From the NCBI RefSeq assembly GCF_006345805.1, contig NC_043008.1, forward strand, positions 38,192,001-38,256,000: DNA of 64,000 nt. Direction: 5' to 3'. Shown piece by piece: positions 13,855 through 27,320 of the stretch (within the stretch, counting starts at the first letter, position 1; each line of letters begins with the position of its first letter). A model generated the notes under the pieces. The model did no database searches and had not been told where the DNA came from. It worked only from the letters and a program-made list of their open reading frames with translations. Position numbers and translations under genes: made by a program. The stretch is from Octopus sinensis (taxonomy: Eukaryota).

Positions 13855-14898
13855 TGACAGACAATGAAATAAACAATTGGAATAAGCCATGAAATAGAGA
13901 AACAAGACATATATGAGAGAGAGAGAGAGAGAGGGGGGTGGAGAGAATGACAAGTTGATCAATGAAAGGTGACATTTATACACAGCAGAAAATCAAGGTG
14001 TACACAGAAACGGGGGTAGAGTCAACAGCTGTAGAGGAAGAATGTATGAATGTAATATATTTACAACAGAAAATAACTGCTTGAAAGAAAAGAAAAACAA
14101 GGAAAAACCAAAAACAAGAACATTTTCAATGGAATATGAAATATAGTGTGGAAGATCACATAGTGAAGGATATGAGTGAAGGGGAGGAAATGACATGAGA
14201 GAAAGAAAGGAGGGAGAGAGGGGAGAGAGAGAGAGGAAACAGAAGCAATAGACATATTAACATTAAAGGTGGGTACAGCAACCACAACGACAACAATAAC
14301 AAGAGGAACAAGAACAATAGCAACAGCAATAACGTATACAGTGACAACTGGATCGATAATAAAAAGTGACATTTACACAACAGAAAATAGAGGTTTATAT
14401 ACACAGAGTGAAGGAAGGAACCACATCTGGGGGATACACACACACACACACACAGTAATTATCAAACGTGGTATTCCAATGTCCCTTTTACAGAGGAGAA
14501 TTGTGGGTATTTGGGAGAAAATATGGATGTGAATCATGGTGAATAGAAAATGAATGCAGATTACATTACACAGAGAGAATTATTGTAGCTATCATCTGGA
14601 TAAGACAGTCATACAACTAGTAGAGTTATTACGAAGATGAATGGGTGGCTTGAAGTTTGATGGCTTCTGTTACATGTACGTCCCTCTGTAGTCAATATAG
14701 ACGAACATGTTGACTAATTTATCTATCAGTAAACGCATTGATACATGCCTTTGGGTTTACAATACTGTATAACTGACAGTCATCATGTTAGATTGCAGTA
14801 TGAAGTCTAACCTGAAGTATGGCTATAACTTAAAGAGGAAATAGACTGTCACATTATTTACAGGCATGTCAATTATGTAAGAGCCAAATTCTCTTCAG

Positions 14899-14918
14899 GA
14901 TCCATCCACAAAATAAAG
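14899..14918 (+). CDS. Possible 20-nt alternative micro-exon (RIHPQNK)
   Basis: ttctcttcAG acceptor and AAG|GTAAAA donor; phase 2 to 1. Confidence 0.25.
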
Positions 14919-15056
14919 GTAAAATTATTCCAAGAGTTATAGGACTTAATTTATTAAAGAAACCTGAGTAAATAACATTTTCTTATTAATGCCTTTGATT
15001 TTTATCATGTCTAAACATTTACTTAAAATATTTATTTACAACTACTATTAAACAGT

Positions 15057-15460
15057 AAAGGTGATGAGCTGGCAGAATCATTAGCACACAAGGCAGTGAG
15101 CTGGCAGAAACGTTAGCATGCCGGGCGAAATGCATAGCAGTATTTCATCTGCTGTTACATTCTGAGTTCAAATTCCACCTTTTATCCTTTCAGGGTCAAT
15201 AAATTAAGTACCAGTTACACACTAGGGTAATTGACTTAATGTCCTTGTATGTCCCCTCTATGTTCAGCTAATAAGAATCATTAGCACACCAGGCGAAACG
15301 CTTAGCAGTATTTCATCTGCTGCTACGTTCTGAGTTCAAATTCCGCCAAGGTCACCTTTAACTTTCATCCTTTCAGGGTCGATAAATTAACTACCTGTTG
15401 AGTACTGGGGTTAGTGTAATCAACTTGCCCCTTCCCCCTACATTGCCCCTATAGTAGAAA
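15057..15460 (+). mobile_element. SINE family A, composite (duplicated head plus two bodies)
   Basis: gagctggcagaa appears twice and ttctgagttcaaattcc twice; near-duplicated flank ct(a/g)ttaaacagta. Confidence 0.85.
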
Positions 15461-16233
15461 GCACTGTTAAACACTGTTAAACAGTATTTATCTATAGATT
15501 TATAGATTTTACTAAACATTTACTTATGATCATGTAGTAAAGATGTTTCAACTCTAATTTGATTTGATTATGCATAAAACTAATTTTCATCAAGAAATAT
15601 GTATAGAGAATTTTTCAGTTCCAGCATCACACTTATTGAAAAAAAAAAAATGTGAACTCAGACTCAGAACTACAGATTCATGAAACATCAATTCTAACTT
15701 GCTGTCAGCAACAGCTTTGAGCTTCATCACTCAGTGACACCAACTCAGCATAGAAAACCGACTTGTCAAGAGTCTTAAACAAGAACATGGTACAGCACTG
15801 TAACACAACAGCAGCAGTCGAATGTTGTGATGTGTACTCAGTCGAAAACACTATTGACTCAGTAATCCTGGTTCTCATTCCTTACAAGATATTCTATTAG
15901 ATCTCCAAAAGCCTTATTTTTGCTGCTGTTAGGCCTTGCAGAGTTAAAACTAATCTTTTTCTTTTTGCGAATATGGCAAAAAGAAGCTGTGATTGAGATG
16001 TGTCGATTGTTTTAACTAAGCATTACCATCAATTATCAGAGAGGAAAAAATTGAATGCAACTAATGCAAGAGAAAACCTGATGAATTAGATGTGTGCACG
16101 ATATTCATCATGTCTGCTAAATTACAAGTGGTTGTCATTTAGATTTTGTTCTCTCTTTTCTCTAATATTCATTTCTTTTATTTATAAGTTTATTTTATTT
16201 TTTTATGTATTCATTTATTTTGAAAATGACCAG

Positions 16234-16297
16234 ATTCCGAAGAATTAAATCAGCAGATTCTAAGATTGCTTCTTTCCCCCCAAGAGATGCTCCTTAG
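16234..16297 (+). CDS. Candidate terminal coding exon (RFRRIKSADSKIASFPPRDAP*)
   Basis: T-rich tract plus ccAG acceptor; phase 2 fits the exon ending at 11797; with the 14899 micro-exon the frame would be DSEELNQQILRLLLSPQEMLL... ending at 16319. Confidence 0.35.
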
Positions 16298-16434
16298 TAT
16301 TATCTTGTCTTTTGACTGATTATACTGTTAGTTTGTTTTTATGGTGTAACACAAGTGCTTTTATTGATCTCAGTTGCCATATTTATAGACAGCTTTCTCT
16401 TCGCAGTGGCTAAATGTTAACGCTAACTTATTGG

Positions 16435-16476
16435 TTAACAGTAGTCACAGATGTAACCCAGGATTATTTTTGAAAC
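16435..16476 (-). CDS. Candidate terminal exon, minus strand (VSKIILGYICDYC*)
   Basis: ttttcttgtctagctctAG acceptor; minus-strand AATAAA at 16360-16365. Confidence 0.3.
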   Translation of the reverse strand, partial: VSKIILGYICDYC

Positions 16477-16894
16477 CTAGAGCTAGACAAGAAAAGGATT
16501 TAATCAATTGAAAAAACTAATCTAAATTAATATGATGCCAATAATTTTTAACGATCTCTGATCACTGAGACTTGTCTCTAATATGGCGAGATGATATATT
16601 ACACTCTTAAATTTCTTTTAGATCTGATTCTGTTCTTTAACTGCTGTAGTATGTGCAAAGCAATTCCGATAATTTAGACTGGTTAGCAAAAAATAAAAAT
16701 AAAAATTTTTTCTTAAGTTTCATCTGCAGACATAGTTCTTATCTGTGTGATAAAAGTAGCATTGCTATTTTAATTAACTTTTGCTAATTTAGTATTAGAA
16801 AGGAAAGATATAACAATGTAGATAGGGAATGAACATTTGGTGAAGTATTATTAACTTAGGCATTTTTCCTCTGTTACAATAACTCATTACTTAC

Positions 16895-16942
16895 CTTGTA
16901 ATATCCAATAGAATGAAGAAAGATTGACAATTTCTGCCACAC
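16895..16942 (-). CDS. Candidate 48-nt exon (VWQKLSIFLHSIGYYK or GVAEIVNLSSFYWILQ)
   Basis: cccttcttccaaaAG acceptor and strong AAG|GTAAGT donor; all three frames are open, so the frame is undetermined. Confidence 0.45.
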
Positions 16943-18488
16943 CTTTTGGAAGAAGGGAGTAATAATATTTAATTTAATATATAATTCAAGCAATTGAATT
17001 ATTCACATATTCAGTAGCCTTAGATTCTTTCATTTAAAACTCAATCACATTTTCACTAGAAAGCTAAGAGAACAATCATGAAACTAAAGTGTTTAAACTG
17101 ACACATAAGGATACTTGAACCTTTATGTTATAACTTGGCCTGCTTAATGTAACAATTATATGATCAACTGTCATTCTATTGTCTTTAAAACAAAGTCCTT
17201 AATTACAACACAGTTCTATCTTCTACAATGAAAATAATACAGTCACATCTAAAAAATACTAATGAAGTGCTCAGTGGCTGTGGAAATATGATCCAAACTG
17301 ATGACAATGCTATCCTTAACAAACACCTTAACTCCATGGCTGTTATGTTTCATTTGACTCGTTTATTGTTTCTAAAGAACTTAAACTAATATCCAAATAT
17401 TGCTATATATATTCTATATAAGTAGAATATATGTAGAGGTTATTTAATGAAGCAAATATCATATGCATGAAAGAGCAACAAGAAAAAAAAGATACACATG
17501 TGATCATATTAATGTCTTATGAAGGTGAATTACAGAAAACATTTATCAAACATGAATAAAAAGTAAAAGAAAAAGGCTAATAAACACAAAATATTTGAAA
17601 CGTTCACATAAATTTATCACCCCACAAAAGAAATTCCTCCATTTACTGACATAGTTGTTTGCTCAGAACATTGTTATTCTATGTAACTTTTCGCCCCTAA
17701 GTGTTTTATTGAAATTTAAAGACATAAAAGTTTCTTGGAATCAGACCAAAGGCAAGTAATTCTTCTCGTTAGGACCTTCTGAGAGCCAGAACGATGTCAT
17801 TAAATACAAAGTACATAATGAAAAACAATTAAAACCTTATCCACGAAATATTTCTCATTATTTCGCTCTTTGAACCTGGGCATACTTTGCCAGAAAAATC
17901 TGTTTGAAATAATAATAATGGTGCAACAAATTACACCTTTAAGACCATAACTTTTTCCATAGATTTCTTAATTTACTGAAATAAAAACACTTTGCTGTAT
18001 GCAAACACACACTCACACACACTCAAACACGTATTTACATGCATTCATACATACATATACGTACATGGACTTTTGTATGCATGGCAAGATTATCATTGTT
18101 GTTAAACAAGAGAAAGCAGTAAAGTACAGATTACTGGTTAGTACACAGATAAAGCCCAAAAGTCAATAAAATCTTGGCTGGTTTGAGTAATTCATTAATA
18201 TGAGGGGAAACAGTGGTGGCATCCATAATAATTGGTATGAATCTGTTACAGACATGAGTTTCGTTAAGACCTTTTCTATTATAGTGTCAAATCTATAAGT
18301 CATGCATGAATTAATTGTGCTGATATGAAAGTAGTGAACTGAGGGTAAAAGAGCAAATAATAAGACAAGGAAAATTGGTTGCTGTAAATTAATGAAGCGA
18401 GAGAAAACTTTGAGAAAACGTTAATATATTTTGGAACAGGTCACTCATTAAAAGTATAAGACTTGAAGATTATTTGCAAGCAACTCAC

Positions 18489-18522
18489 AGCCACAAGTGC
18501 TACGAGAAATCTATATTGGACT
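18489..18522 (-). CDS. Possible exon (VQYRFLVALVA)
   Basis: tcttcaAG acceptor and GTGAGT donor; one frame open. Confidence 0.25.
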
Positions 18523-20300
18523 CTTGAAGATTTATGGAGTTAACAGGAGAACATACACATATTTCAGGACTGTCTTTTTGGTGGCATTATAAGCACATTG
18601 ATGTTAGGCCACACCCTTGTTTCTAGCCTTGAACTAATGGACACAACAGGCTTCTAGTCTTCATTCAATATTATAACCACTTCTTATCTTATTTAGCCAA
18701 ATATATTGACTTGCTTTCTCATTCAACTGTTGCAAGGAGATTTTTCATGATGATATTTACAAAACGCATCAAATGGCAACAACAAATCGGTAGAGTTGTT
18801 AAAGCATCAAAGAGGACGTTTTGTGATATTTGTTCTGACTCTCAGCATCTTGAATTCAAATCCTGTAGTGGTCAGCTTTGCATTTCAGTCTTTTAGAGTT
18901 CATGACAAACTACCAATACAAGTCAATGGATTGGCAGAACTATAAGAACATCTAACCAGATGCTTTGGGATATTTGTGTCAGTTCTTTGCATTCCAAAAC
19001 ATAAAATGATGTTACTAAGAACAAAATACATTGTGAAAAGCAATTAAAACTTTATCCACAAAATATTTTTCAAGGCCTTGGATGGTAGACTTCTACTGCT
19101 AAGTTTATCACCACTGTCAGACACTGGACATGTTTTTAACCTTTAGCATGCTTAAGCATATCATGTTGCTATATCAGTTTTTTTCCTGTGGCTGTTGGTA
19201 CGTTGTGTCCCACTGAGCAGGGAAAAAACTCATGTGGCACCATGATGCACCTACACAATTCTAAAGGTTAATAAGACCCACTCTGTTGCAAGCACTTGGG
19301 TCAAGTTACCCTTTTCAGGACACCTGAATACTTCCCTCTTCCCTCCCATCATTGTTGGAAGTCTTGTAATGAGGATGAGCACTGCCTTCCCCCAATCCCC
19401 CTACAAATTTTAAAAAAACTTATTTTACGATGAACTAAACTTAACAACAATAACTTCCAATCTTTCTTGAAATGATGGTTCTTTTAATTCCCTAACCTAC
19501 TCCTAATATTCTGGGATTTGTGTCCCTTGCCCACCCATTAAAAAAGAAAGTCTAAAAATTATTGACTAATAAACTAATAACATACAAGTAACTTTTTTTA
19601 ATACCGTAATTGAATTAAAAAAGAATGAAGATATTATTAGTCCAAAAAAGAAAATTACACTCTGTTTATATCATATAACATTGCATAACCCCCATATTCC
19701 AGTAATATTTATGCAGAATGTTTATATCAATAATGGATTGGACTACCAAAAACCACAGAGTGAGCCAGCAAAATACTTTGTTTCATTATGGATTCAGCAC
19801 AGTAGCAATAATGTATATTAATAATGCCACTTGAGAAAAACCTGAATATTACAAATTCTCTCCAGCAGCTCTTTTGCGTTTGTGGTCTTCTGAATCTGTG
19901 AGTAACGTAAAATTATAAAATTTTAATAGGTTTTACAAGTCCCCAAAGTAGCTTTTAAGAGATGGTTTTTAACTTAAGTCTCCTGGTGTTAAGGAGATAA
20001 AAATGAAAGTTAACTTTATACCCAGTTACAATGCCAGTCTAATTCAATTAACACAACCACAGAATCTGGCATCTATTCACTGAGAGTTTGGAAATCTAAA
20101 GCGCAAAATATTAAGAATATTGCCCTCAGTATATATCATTGTATACCTACAGTTAATATAGACCCATGACCATGTATATTTGATTGCTTTATAATCTTCT
20201 GCATGCAAGATCATTTTGTGTGACTGCACTATTTTGGATAATCCATCACCAAGCACCTTAGGTGCCATTTATGGAGTTTAAGGTTAGGTCTCTGGTTTAA

Positions 20301-20518
20301 CCAGTCAGCATTTAAACTAGCTGTATCCAACCCAAATATTCTACCTGTTTTATATTCGAACTGGCCAGATTCAGCCTTTCACACCTACCCTACAAAGTCG
20401 TTATAAAAATAAGCAAATATTATCAAACCCTTGAAGCTATGAGATAATACATGATTAATTTAAAGCAATGTGAATGAATAAACATCAGATTTGACATAGT
20501 AATCTGAATGATAAAGGG
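20301..20518. mobile_element. piggyBac-like MITE (family 2)
   Basis: TTAA on both sides; right end ...tgataaaggg|TTAA, degenerate left end TTAA|ccagtcagca. Confidence 0.6.
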
Positions 20519-21368
20519 TTAAATATGTTTTTCTCCCTTACACCAGTCTGAGACGACCTGTAAACAATCAAAGGCCCTAGTTTCACTTCTGATTAAAAGA
20601 TAAAAACAAAATGACTTGTTCATATGCCATTATTCATTGAAACCAAAACTAAACCAGTTTACTCTCACTAGCTCAGTTCTCCTGCACATATATAGGTACC
20701 AAGATAGGTATATTTGACCATTGTGTGCATTGGTGCAAGTATACATATTTGACAAATTTATGACTGGCCAGTTGTATCGAATTTAAATCTTACAGATTTA
20801 ATTCCCGATAGGAATGAGTTCTGCCTGAATGACCTCCCCTAAATAACATTAAATCACTCACAAATAGCTTCAGTCACACTGCAATTACACAGTGGGCTAT
20901 AGAACTAATTATGCTCCCTCACCCTCACTTGAAGTAATTTGGAAAAGATAAGTCTACTAGAAGGGGTTTCGTTCTTTGTTTTCTTTTTTGTTATTCTGTT
21001 ATTTTTTTTTGTTTTTTGTTTTTTTTGTAATGGATTTACTTGGATATCAGACTAAACAATAAACGAAAAAGAAAAGAAGATAAAGTCTAGTGAATCTGTC
21101 AGACAATTTTTGTGGAAAATTGCTTCCTGAGTAAAAAAAACTACTTATTGTTAAAACATTAACCTTAATATGACATCTGATTCTTATTGAATTGAACATT
21201 CAGAGTTTTGTTCTTATAAATCAATGTTGCAGCTGCTGCTGCTGCTGCTGGTGCAACTACTTAGACCACTGCTGCTACCACCACCACCACCACCACCACC
21301 ACAATCACTACCACCACCACCAACACCAACACCACCACCACTACTATTACTACTATGATGACACTAAT

Positions 21369-21580
21369 AAGGCAACAAGTTGACAGAATTGTTGACACCT
21401 TGGACAAAATGCTTAGTGGTATTTCTTGTGACTCCTTACATTCAGGGTTCAAATTCTACCGAGGTTGAGTTTGCCTTCAATCCTCTCAGGATTCATAAAA
21501 TAAGTACCAGTTGACCACCAGGGTCGATGTAATCAACTTACTCCCCAGAAATTGATGTCTTTATGCTAAACTTCGAAAGA
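21369..21580 (+). mobile_element. SINE family A, diverged
   Basis: gttcaaattctaccgaggttgagtttgccttcaatcctctc...agtaccagtt...gggtcgatgtaatc. Confidence 0.8.
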
Positions 21581-21740
<160 letters not shown>

Positions 21741-21744
21741 TTAT

Positions 21745-22020
21745 CACTCAGGTTTTGTTGAAACTCTTGGCTACCTGCAACCTATGGTACCATGCAATCT
21801 GCTCTTTTCAATTATCTAATACTTTCGTGATTATTCTGGCCGTTCCAAAGTGGCAAACTTTTTGTGACGCTTCCGATTTCCTTTACATTCCTCTTGATGC
21901 CTTCTGATTCTACCCTCAAGGGCTCAACAGTAATTGGCACCATCTTCACCTTCATTTTCCACAGTCAAGCTTTTCTTATTCAAGAGTGTTGTATATGATT
22001 TTCATCTTCTTTCTTGACAA
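21745..22020 (-). mobile_element. R4/Dong-like (RLE endonuclease) non-LTR element, 3' fragment
   Basis: Minus translation ...WKMKVKMVPI... and VCHFGTARIITKVLDN*, matching the LLGTARIIRRVL C-terminus at about 50200. Confidence 0.7.
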
Positions 22021-22235
22021 ATTATTATTATTATTCAGTGTTTTTTTTTTTATAGCGTGCTTTCACTTCACTACCGAGTGCAGCTCTGTGTACCTTAGGT
22101 ATGTGCTGTGTTTTGTTGTGATGCTCTGATGGTTACTGTATTGAAAGTGTTTTGCGTAGGATGCAGTGCAATTTTCTGTATGTTATATGTGTTTGTAAGT
22201 CCTGCTGTTTTGTTACGTATTTGTCTGAATATTTT
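22021..22235 (-). mobile_element. R4/Dong-like 3' end, short (same family as 49298-49475)
   Basis: TYNIQKIAL...; 3' UTR cacagagctgcactcggtagtgaagtgaaagcacgctataaaaa followed by (AAT)n, nearly identical to 49420-49470. Confidence 0.8.
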
Positions 22236-22236
22236 A

Positions 22237-22289
<53 letters not shown>

Positions 22290-22669
22290 TATTATTGTTG
22301 TTGTTGTTGTTGAGGTGTTGATGGTTGCTGTTGTTGCTGTTATTGTTGTTTTTCATAGTTAATTAACTATTCTTTTTTTTCAAATATACCACACATATTT
22401 TCCTTCTATATCTTTCCACTAGAATTTAAATACTGGCTAATCACGAGAAATTTGTCTGCATTATTAAAGTTCAGCGAGTTAATTTTAGAATTTGCAAAGT
22501 CCAAAATTAAATCACACCAATTCTGAAGCCATTATTTCTTAGAAAGAGAAACATTTTTTTAATGAATAGCAAACACCAGTTTATTTAGTTTTGCAATCAT
22601 TTAAATGTATCTGTAACCCGAAGCTTTTTTCTCATTATTCATTATACTTGTATCATTTATTGTTCATCA

Positions 22670-22672
22670 ATA

Positions 22673-22727
<55 letters not shown>

Positions 22728-22777
22728 TACTACTATTATTATTTTCATTATTATTATTATTATTACTGTTATTATTA

Positions 22778-22813
<36 letters not shown>

Positions 22814-22836
22814 TATTATTATTATTATTATTTTCA

Positions 22837-22873
<37 letters not shown>

Positions 22874-22880
22874 TACTAAA

Positions 22881-22945
<65 letters not shown>
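22670..22945. repeat. (ATT)n microsatellite, about 275 bp
   Basis: direct reading. Confidence 0.95.
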
Positions 22946-22946
<1 letters not shown>

Positions 22947-23301
22947 CCTTTATTAACAGTTCGAAATTTCATTATATGAAATAGTTATTTCCAGCATATG
23001 AAATTGCGAAATACCAATTGTTGAAATTGTGAATTAATTGAGAACGGAAATTACCAAAACATGGAAATGATCTTACCCAGAAACCAGTTAATATGTAATT
23101 CCAATTACGACTGCAAATATTTTCAAAGATCCTAATTGTCTAATGAGAAAAATAAATCTATTTTCGAAACATTTAGATATAAAACTAAAACAAACTAGCA
23201 TTTCCATTTTGTATCATAAAAAGTATGTAACAGACACATACAAACATCACATATATATATATATATACATACACATATATATATACATACATATACATGT
23301 T

Positions 23302-23334
<33 letters not shown>

Positions 23335-23984
23335 GTTTATATATATATATGCATATATGTTTGTATGTATATATTTTTATCTGTCTCTTTATATATAAGT
23401 GTGTGGACGTGTACAGGTATATATGTTTGTATGTAAGTATACATGCGGTAAAATAAAAAATACATTCTTTATCATTAAAATTTCTGATGGATGGAAATAA
23501 AAGCATAAACATGTTTGTTACAGTTATAAAAACGTAATTTATTTTGTTGTTTTTTTTATTTGTTCTCTTCTGAGCCAAAAGAGATAAAAATTTACATAAT
23601 ATTAAAATTTTTTTTTTTTATAAATTTTAAAATTAATGTTTCAAAATATTAACAGCTTAAACCACATGAAACCTTCGTTAAGAAATCATTATCGCATTTC
23701 TATTATGCATTCAGAAATATAACAATTTACCATATTGAGTAAATTGCTTTCAGATTTAAAAGGTAGTTTTGGGGTTTTGAGAGTTGTTTAATAGTTTACG
23801 ACATGTATGTTGGAGACAAACAGTCTATTAAGATGGTTGACTAATATTTATAAATCTGTGATAAATTACAAAATGACTACAGGCTATTAACTTTGGTAAT
23901 ATTAGTTATTACAAGTAATGTGGCACTGCAGCGACGAAGAGGAGGAGAAAGAAGAGAAAGACCGTTAAGCAGTTTCTTTTACTT

Positions 23985-24227
23985 TTATTTTATTTTTTCT
24001 TGTTTCAGTCATTTGACTGTGGCCATGCTGGAGCACTGCCTTTAGTCGAGCAAATCGACCCCAGGACTTATTTTTTGTAAGCCTAGTACTTATTTTATCG
24101 GTCCCTTTTGCCAAACCGCTAAGTTATGAGGACGTAAACACACCAGCATTGGTTGTCAAGTGATGTTGGGGGGGACAAACACAGACACACAAACATATAT
24201 ATACACACATACATACATATATATATA

Positions 24228-24265
<38 letters not shown>

Positions 24266-24410
24266 CGAGGGCTTTTTTCAGTTTCCTTCTACCAGATTCA
24301 CTCAAAAGGCTTTGGACGGCCCGAGGCTATAGCAGAAGACACTTGCCCAAGATGCTACGCAATGGGACTGAACCTGGAACCATGTGGTTGGTAAGCAAGC
24401 TAGCTCGTCA
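23985..24410 (-). mobile_element. SINE family B, full length with internal (TA)n
   Basis: ttcttgtttcagtcatttgactgtggccatgctggagcac...cacttgcccaag...gggactgaacctggaaccatgtggttgg. Confidence 0.9.
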
Positions 24411-24459
24411 TAACATTCCATTGTGTTTGGTACCTGGCAAAGGTCAATACAAAGAAGAC

Positions 24460-24660
24460 CACCATCACCACAATCATCATCATCATCACGATGACCATCA
24501 TTATTGTCGCCACCAACATCGCCACCACCACCGCCATCGTCATCATCGTCGTCATCATCGTCGGTGTCATCATCATCATCATCATCATCATCATTATCAT
24601 CATGGTCATCATCATTATCATCATCATCATCATCATCGTCATCATTGTCATCATTTTCAC
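24460..24660. repeat. (CAT)n degenerate microsatellite
   Basis: direct reading. Confidence 0.9.
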
Positions 24661-25349
24661 CATGAATGGGTACCACTTTATTTTCTTATATGCTAGATAA
24701 TTTTGCTAAAATATCATATTTCAACTTATTTTCTGCCTACATATTTTATTTAATGTTCTAAATAAATTGGCTTTTTCCTTTTTTCTTTCTTATTTTACAA
24801 CTCTTTTTCTTTTCTGTTATTGTTTTTTTTCCTCCCTGCTTTCTTGAGGTTGGATGTTAACCTTTACAACCTAATGCTCAGAAACGAAGGGAGCCAGCAG
24901 TGTTTATCTATATTTTTGGATTATTAAAGTGCTTCTGTATGAGTTTTTCTTTATTTTTTTTTTGTTTTTGTTTTTCAGGATCATATTTTCTGAAATGCAA
25001 CACTTGAATAAGACCAAAAAAAAAAAAAAAATAGTAAAAAAAAAAACCCAGGAAAGGAGAGATGAATATGACAGGCCCTGAAAAAATTTAACTGCACAAA
25101 TGTTGTTTCTGTTATTTCCAAACACATGATAGCATCATCATCATCACTATCATCATCATCATCATTTTTACATCCATATTTTTATCTCGTATGCAGGTGT
25201 GGGCTGGATGAAACTATACTAAAACAGATTCTGAATGGATGGATGGTTTTCGTGTCACCAAACCCTTAGAGTTTTTTCAAAGTAAAACATTTTCCTTCTA
25301 CCAGTTATCAAATGTCTACGGATCTAAAAAATTTTATAAGGGCCAATAA

Positions 25350-25570
25350 GGTGTGGGAGTGTAGTAAGAAGCTTGCTTCCCAACCACTTGGCCCTTGCTT
25401 CAGTCCCACTGCATGGCACCTTGGGCAAGTGTCTCCTACTATAGCCCTAGGTCAACCATACTCTTGTAAGTGGATTTGGTAGACAAAAACTGGAAAAGCC
25501 CATTGCATATACATGGATCTACATGCATGTGTGTGTGTGTCTGTGTATACGTTTATCCCCCATTGCCACT
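25350..25570 (+). mobile_element. SINE family B, 5' half
   Basis: gtagtaagaagcttgcttcccaaccac...cccactgcatggcaccttgggcaagtgtc. Confidence 0.85.
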
Positions 25571-25592
25571 AGACACCTAGACATAATTTTTG

Positions 25593-25664
<72 letters not shown>

Positions 25665-25753
25665 CTCACACACACTCATATATATTACATATATAATATT
25701 ATATTGCATATGTATACCTGTGTATATACATAATATCATATTGTGTATGCATG

Positions 25754-25787
<34 letters not shown>

Positions 25788-25791
25788 ATTA

Positions 25792-25827
<36 letters not shown>

Positions 25828-25859
25828 CATATATATGTATATAACACACACACATATAT

Positions 25860-26110
25860 ATCATCATCATCATCATTATCATCATTGTCATTTAACTCTG
25901 CTTTCCATGCTGGCATGAGTTGGATGGTTCAACTGAGAACTAGCGGCCAGGTGGCTGCACCAGTCTCTAATCTGATTTGACAAGGTTTCTGTAGCTGGAT
26001 GCCCTTCCTAACACCAACTGGTCCAAGAATGTAGTGGGTGCTTTTTGCATGCCAGCAGCACAGGTGCCAGTCAGGCAGCACTGGCATTGGCCATGCTCAA
26101 ACAATGCTTT
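25860..26110 (-). mobile_element. RTE-family 3' tail fragment
   Basis: (CAT)n plus ctttccatgctggcatgag...gtagctggatgcccttcctaacacc. Confidence 0.8.
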
Positions 26111-26113
26111 TTA

Positions 26114-26148
<35 letters not shown>

Positions 26149-26929
26149 CAAAAAGATAGATTGACAGATAGGTAGATAGAGAGATATAGACATATATGAA
26201 ATAGAGTATGCTGCAAGCATTTACTGAATAGTGATAAAAATAAAAATACATTAATACCTTTACGTTTAATGGTGTTTTACAGATGTATCCCATAATATTA
26301 CTGGTACTTATTTGTTGAACATAAATTGAAAGCAGAGTAAAGTCATTCTTAATGAAACAAGAGCTATATCTGGCAATATGATTTGAAAGACACCAAACAA
26401 TTTGGTTGTTTGAAGGGTAACTTTTTAAGATATGCAAGAAATGAAGAGAAGAAAAAGGAACAAAAAAAAAAGAAGGTAAGAAATATATAGATAAGCCATT
26501 ACATTGAAAACTATTGAATAACACAGACACATATATAATAGTAAATGGAAGTCTCTTCAGAGAAGTCTTGGTCTTGAATAGGCATATTAATGGATTTTCA
26601 TTTTCATCTAGAACTTTCCTTTGCAGAACATTAGAAATAAACAAAACTAACTAAAGAGCTGTGTGTGTGTGTGTTTGTGAGTGTGTGTGTATGTGTGTGT
26701 GTGTGAGTGTATGTATATATATATATATATATATATATACCAAAACCTTATGAGTATGCTTGGTAGATGAAAGCTAAAGAAGCTTGTAATATATATATGT
26801 ATGTATGTATGTATATATACATGTATGTGTATATATATATAAGGCCAATAGGTTTTGGGGTCTGATGATATGTATATATATTGTCAGACCCAAAAACCTA
26901 GTGTATAATTACCTATGGTTTTACACACT

Positions 26930-26965
<36 letters not shown>

Positions 26966-27320
26966 CTCATTCCTGATCTCTCTCTCTCTCTCTCTCTCTC
27001 CCTCTCTCCATCTGGGTAACCTTGTGCCTCCTCTACAGCAAGACACCTGTTTCTGTCTCTCTGTCTCAGTCCAATGACTGAAACAAGCAGCAGATGAAAG
27101 ACAAATTATATTCATATATAAATATGGTGTGTGTGTTTATTAAGAGGAGGGATGTAATATCCAGGCAAATACCAAATTTTTCTGAGTAAAATACCAAGAC
27201 TACTTCCTTTAGAATATACTTTATACTGTAAGTAGTCAAGAAATAAAGTGTGTGTGTATATATATATATATATAATATATATATATATATATTATATATA
27301 TATATATATATACATATATT

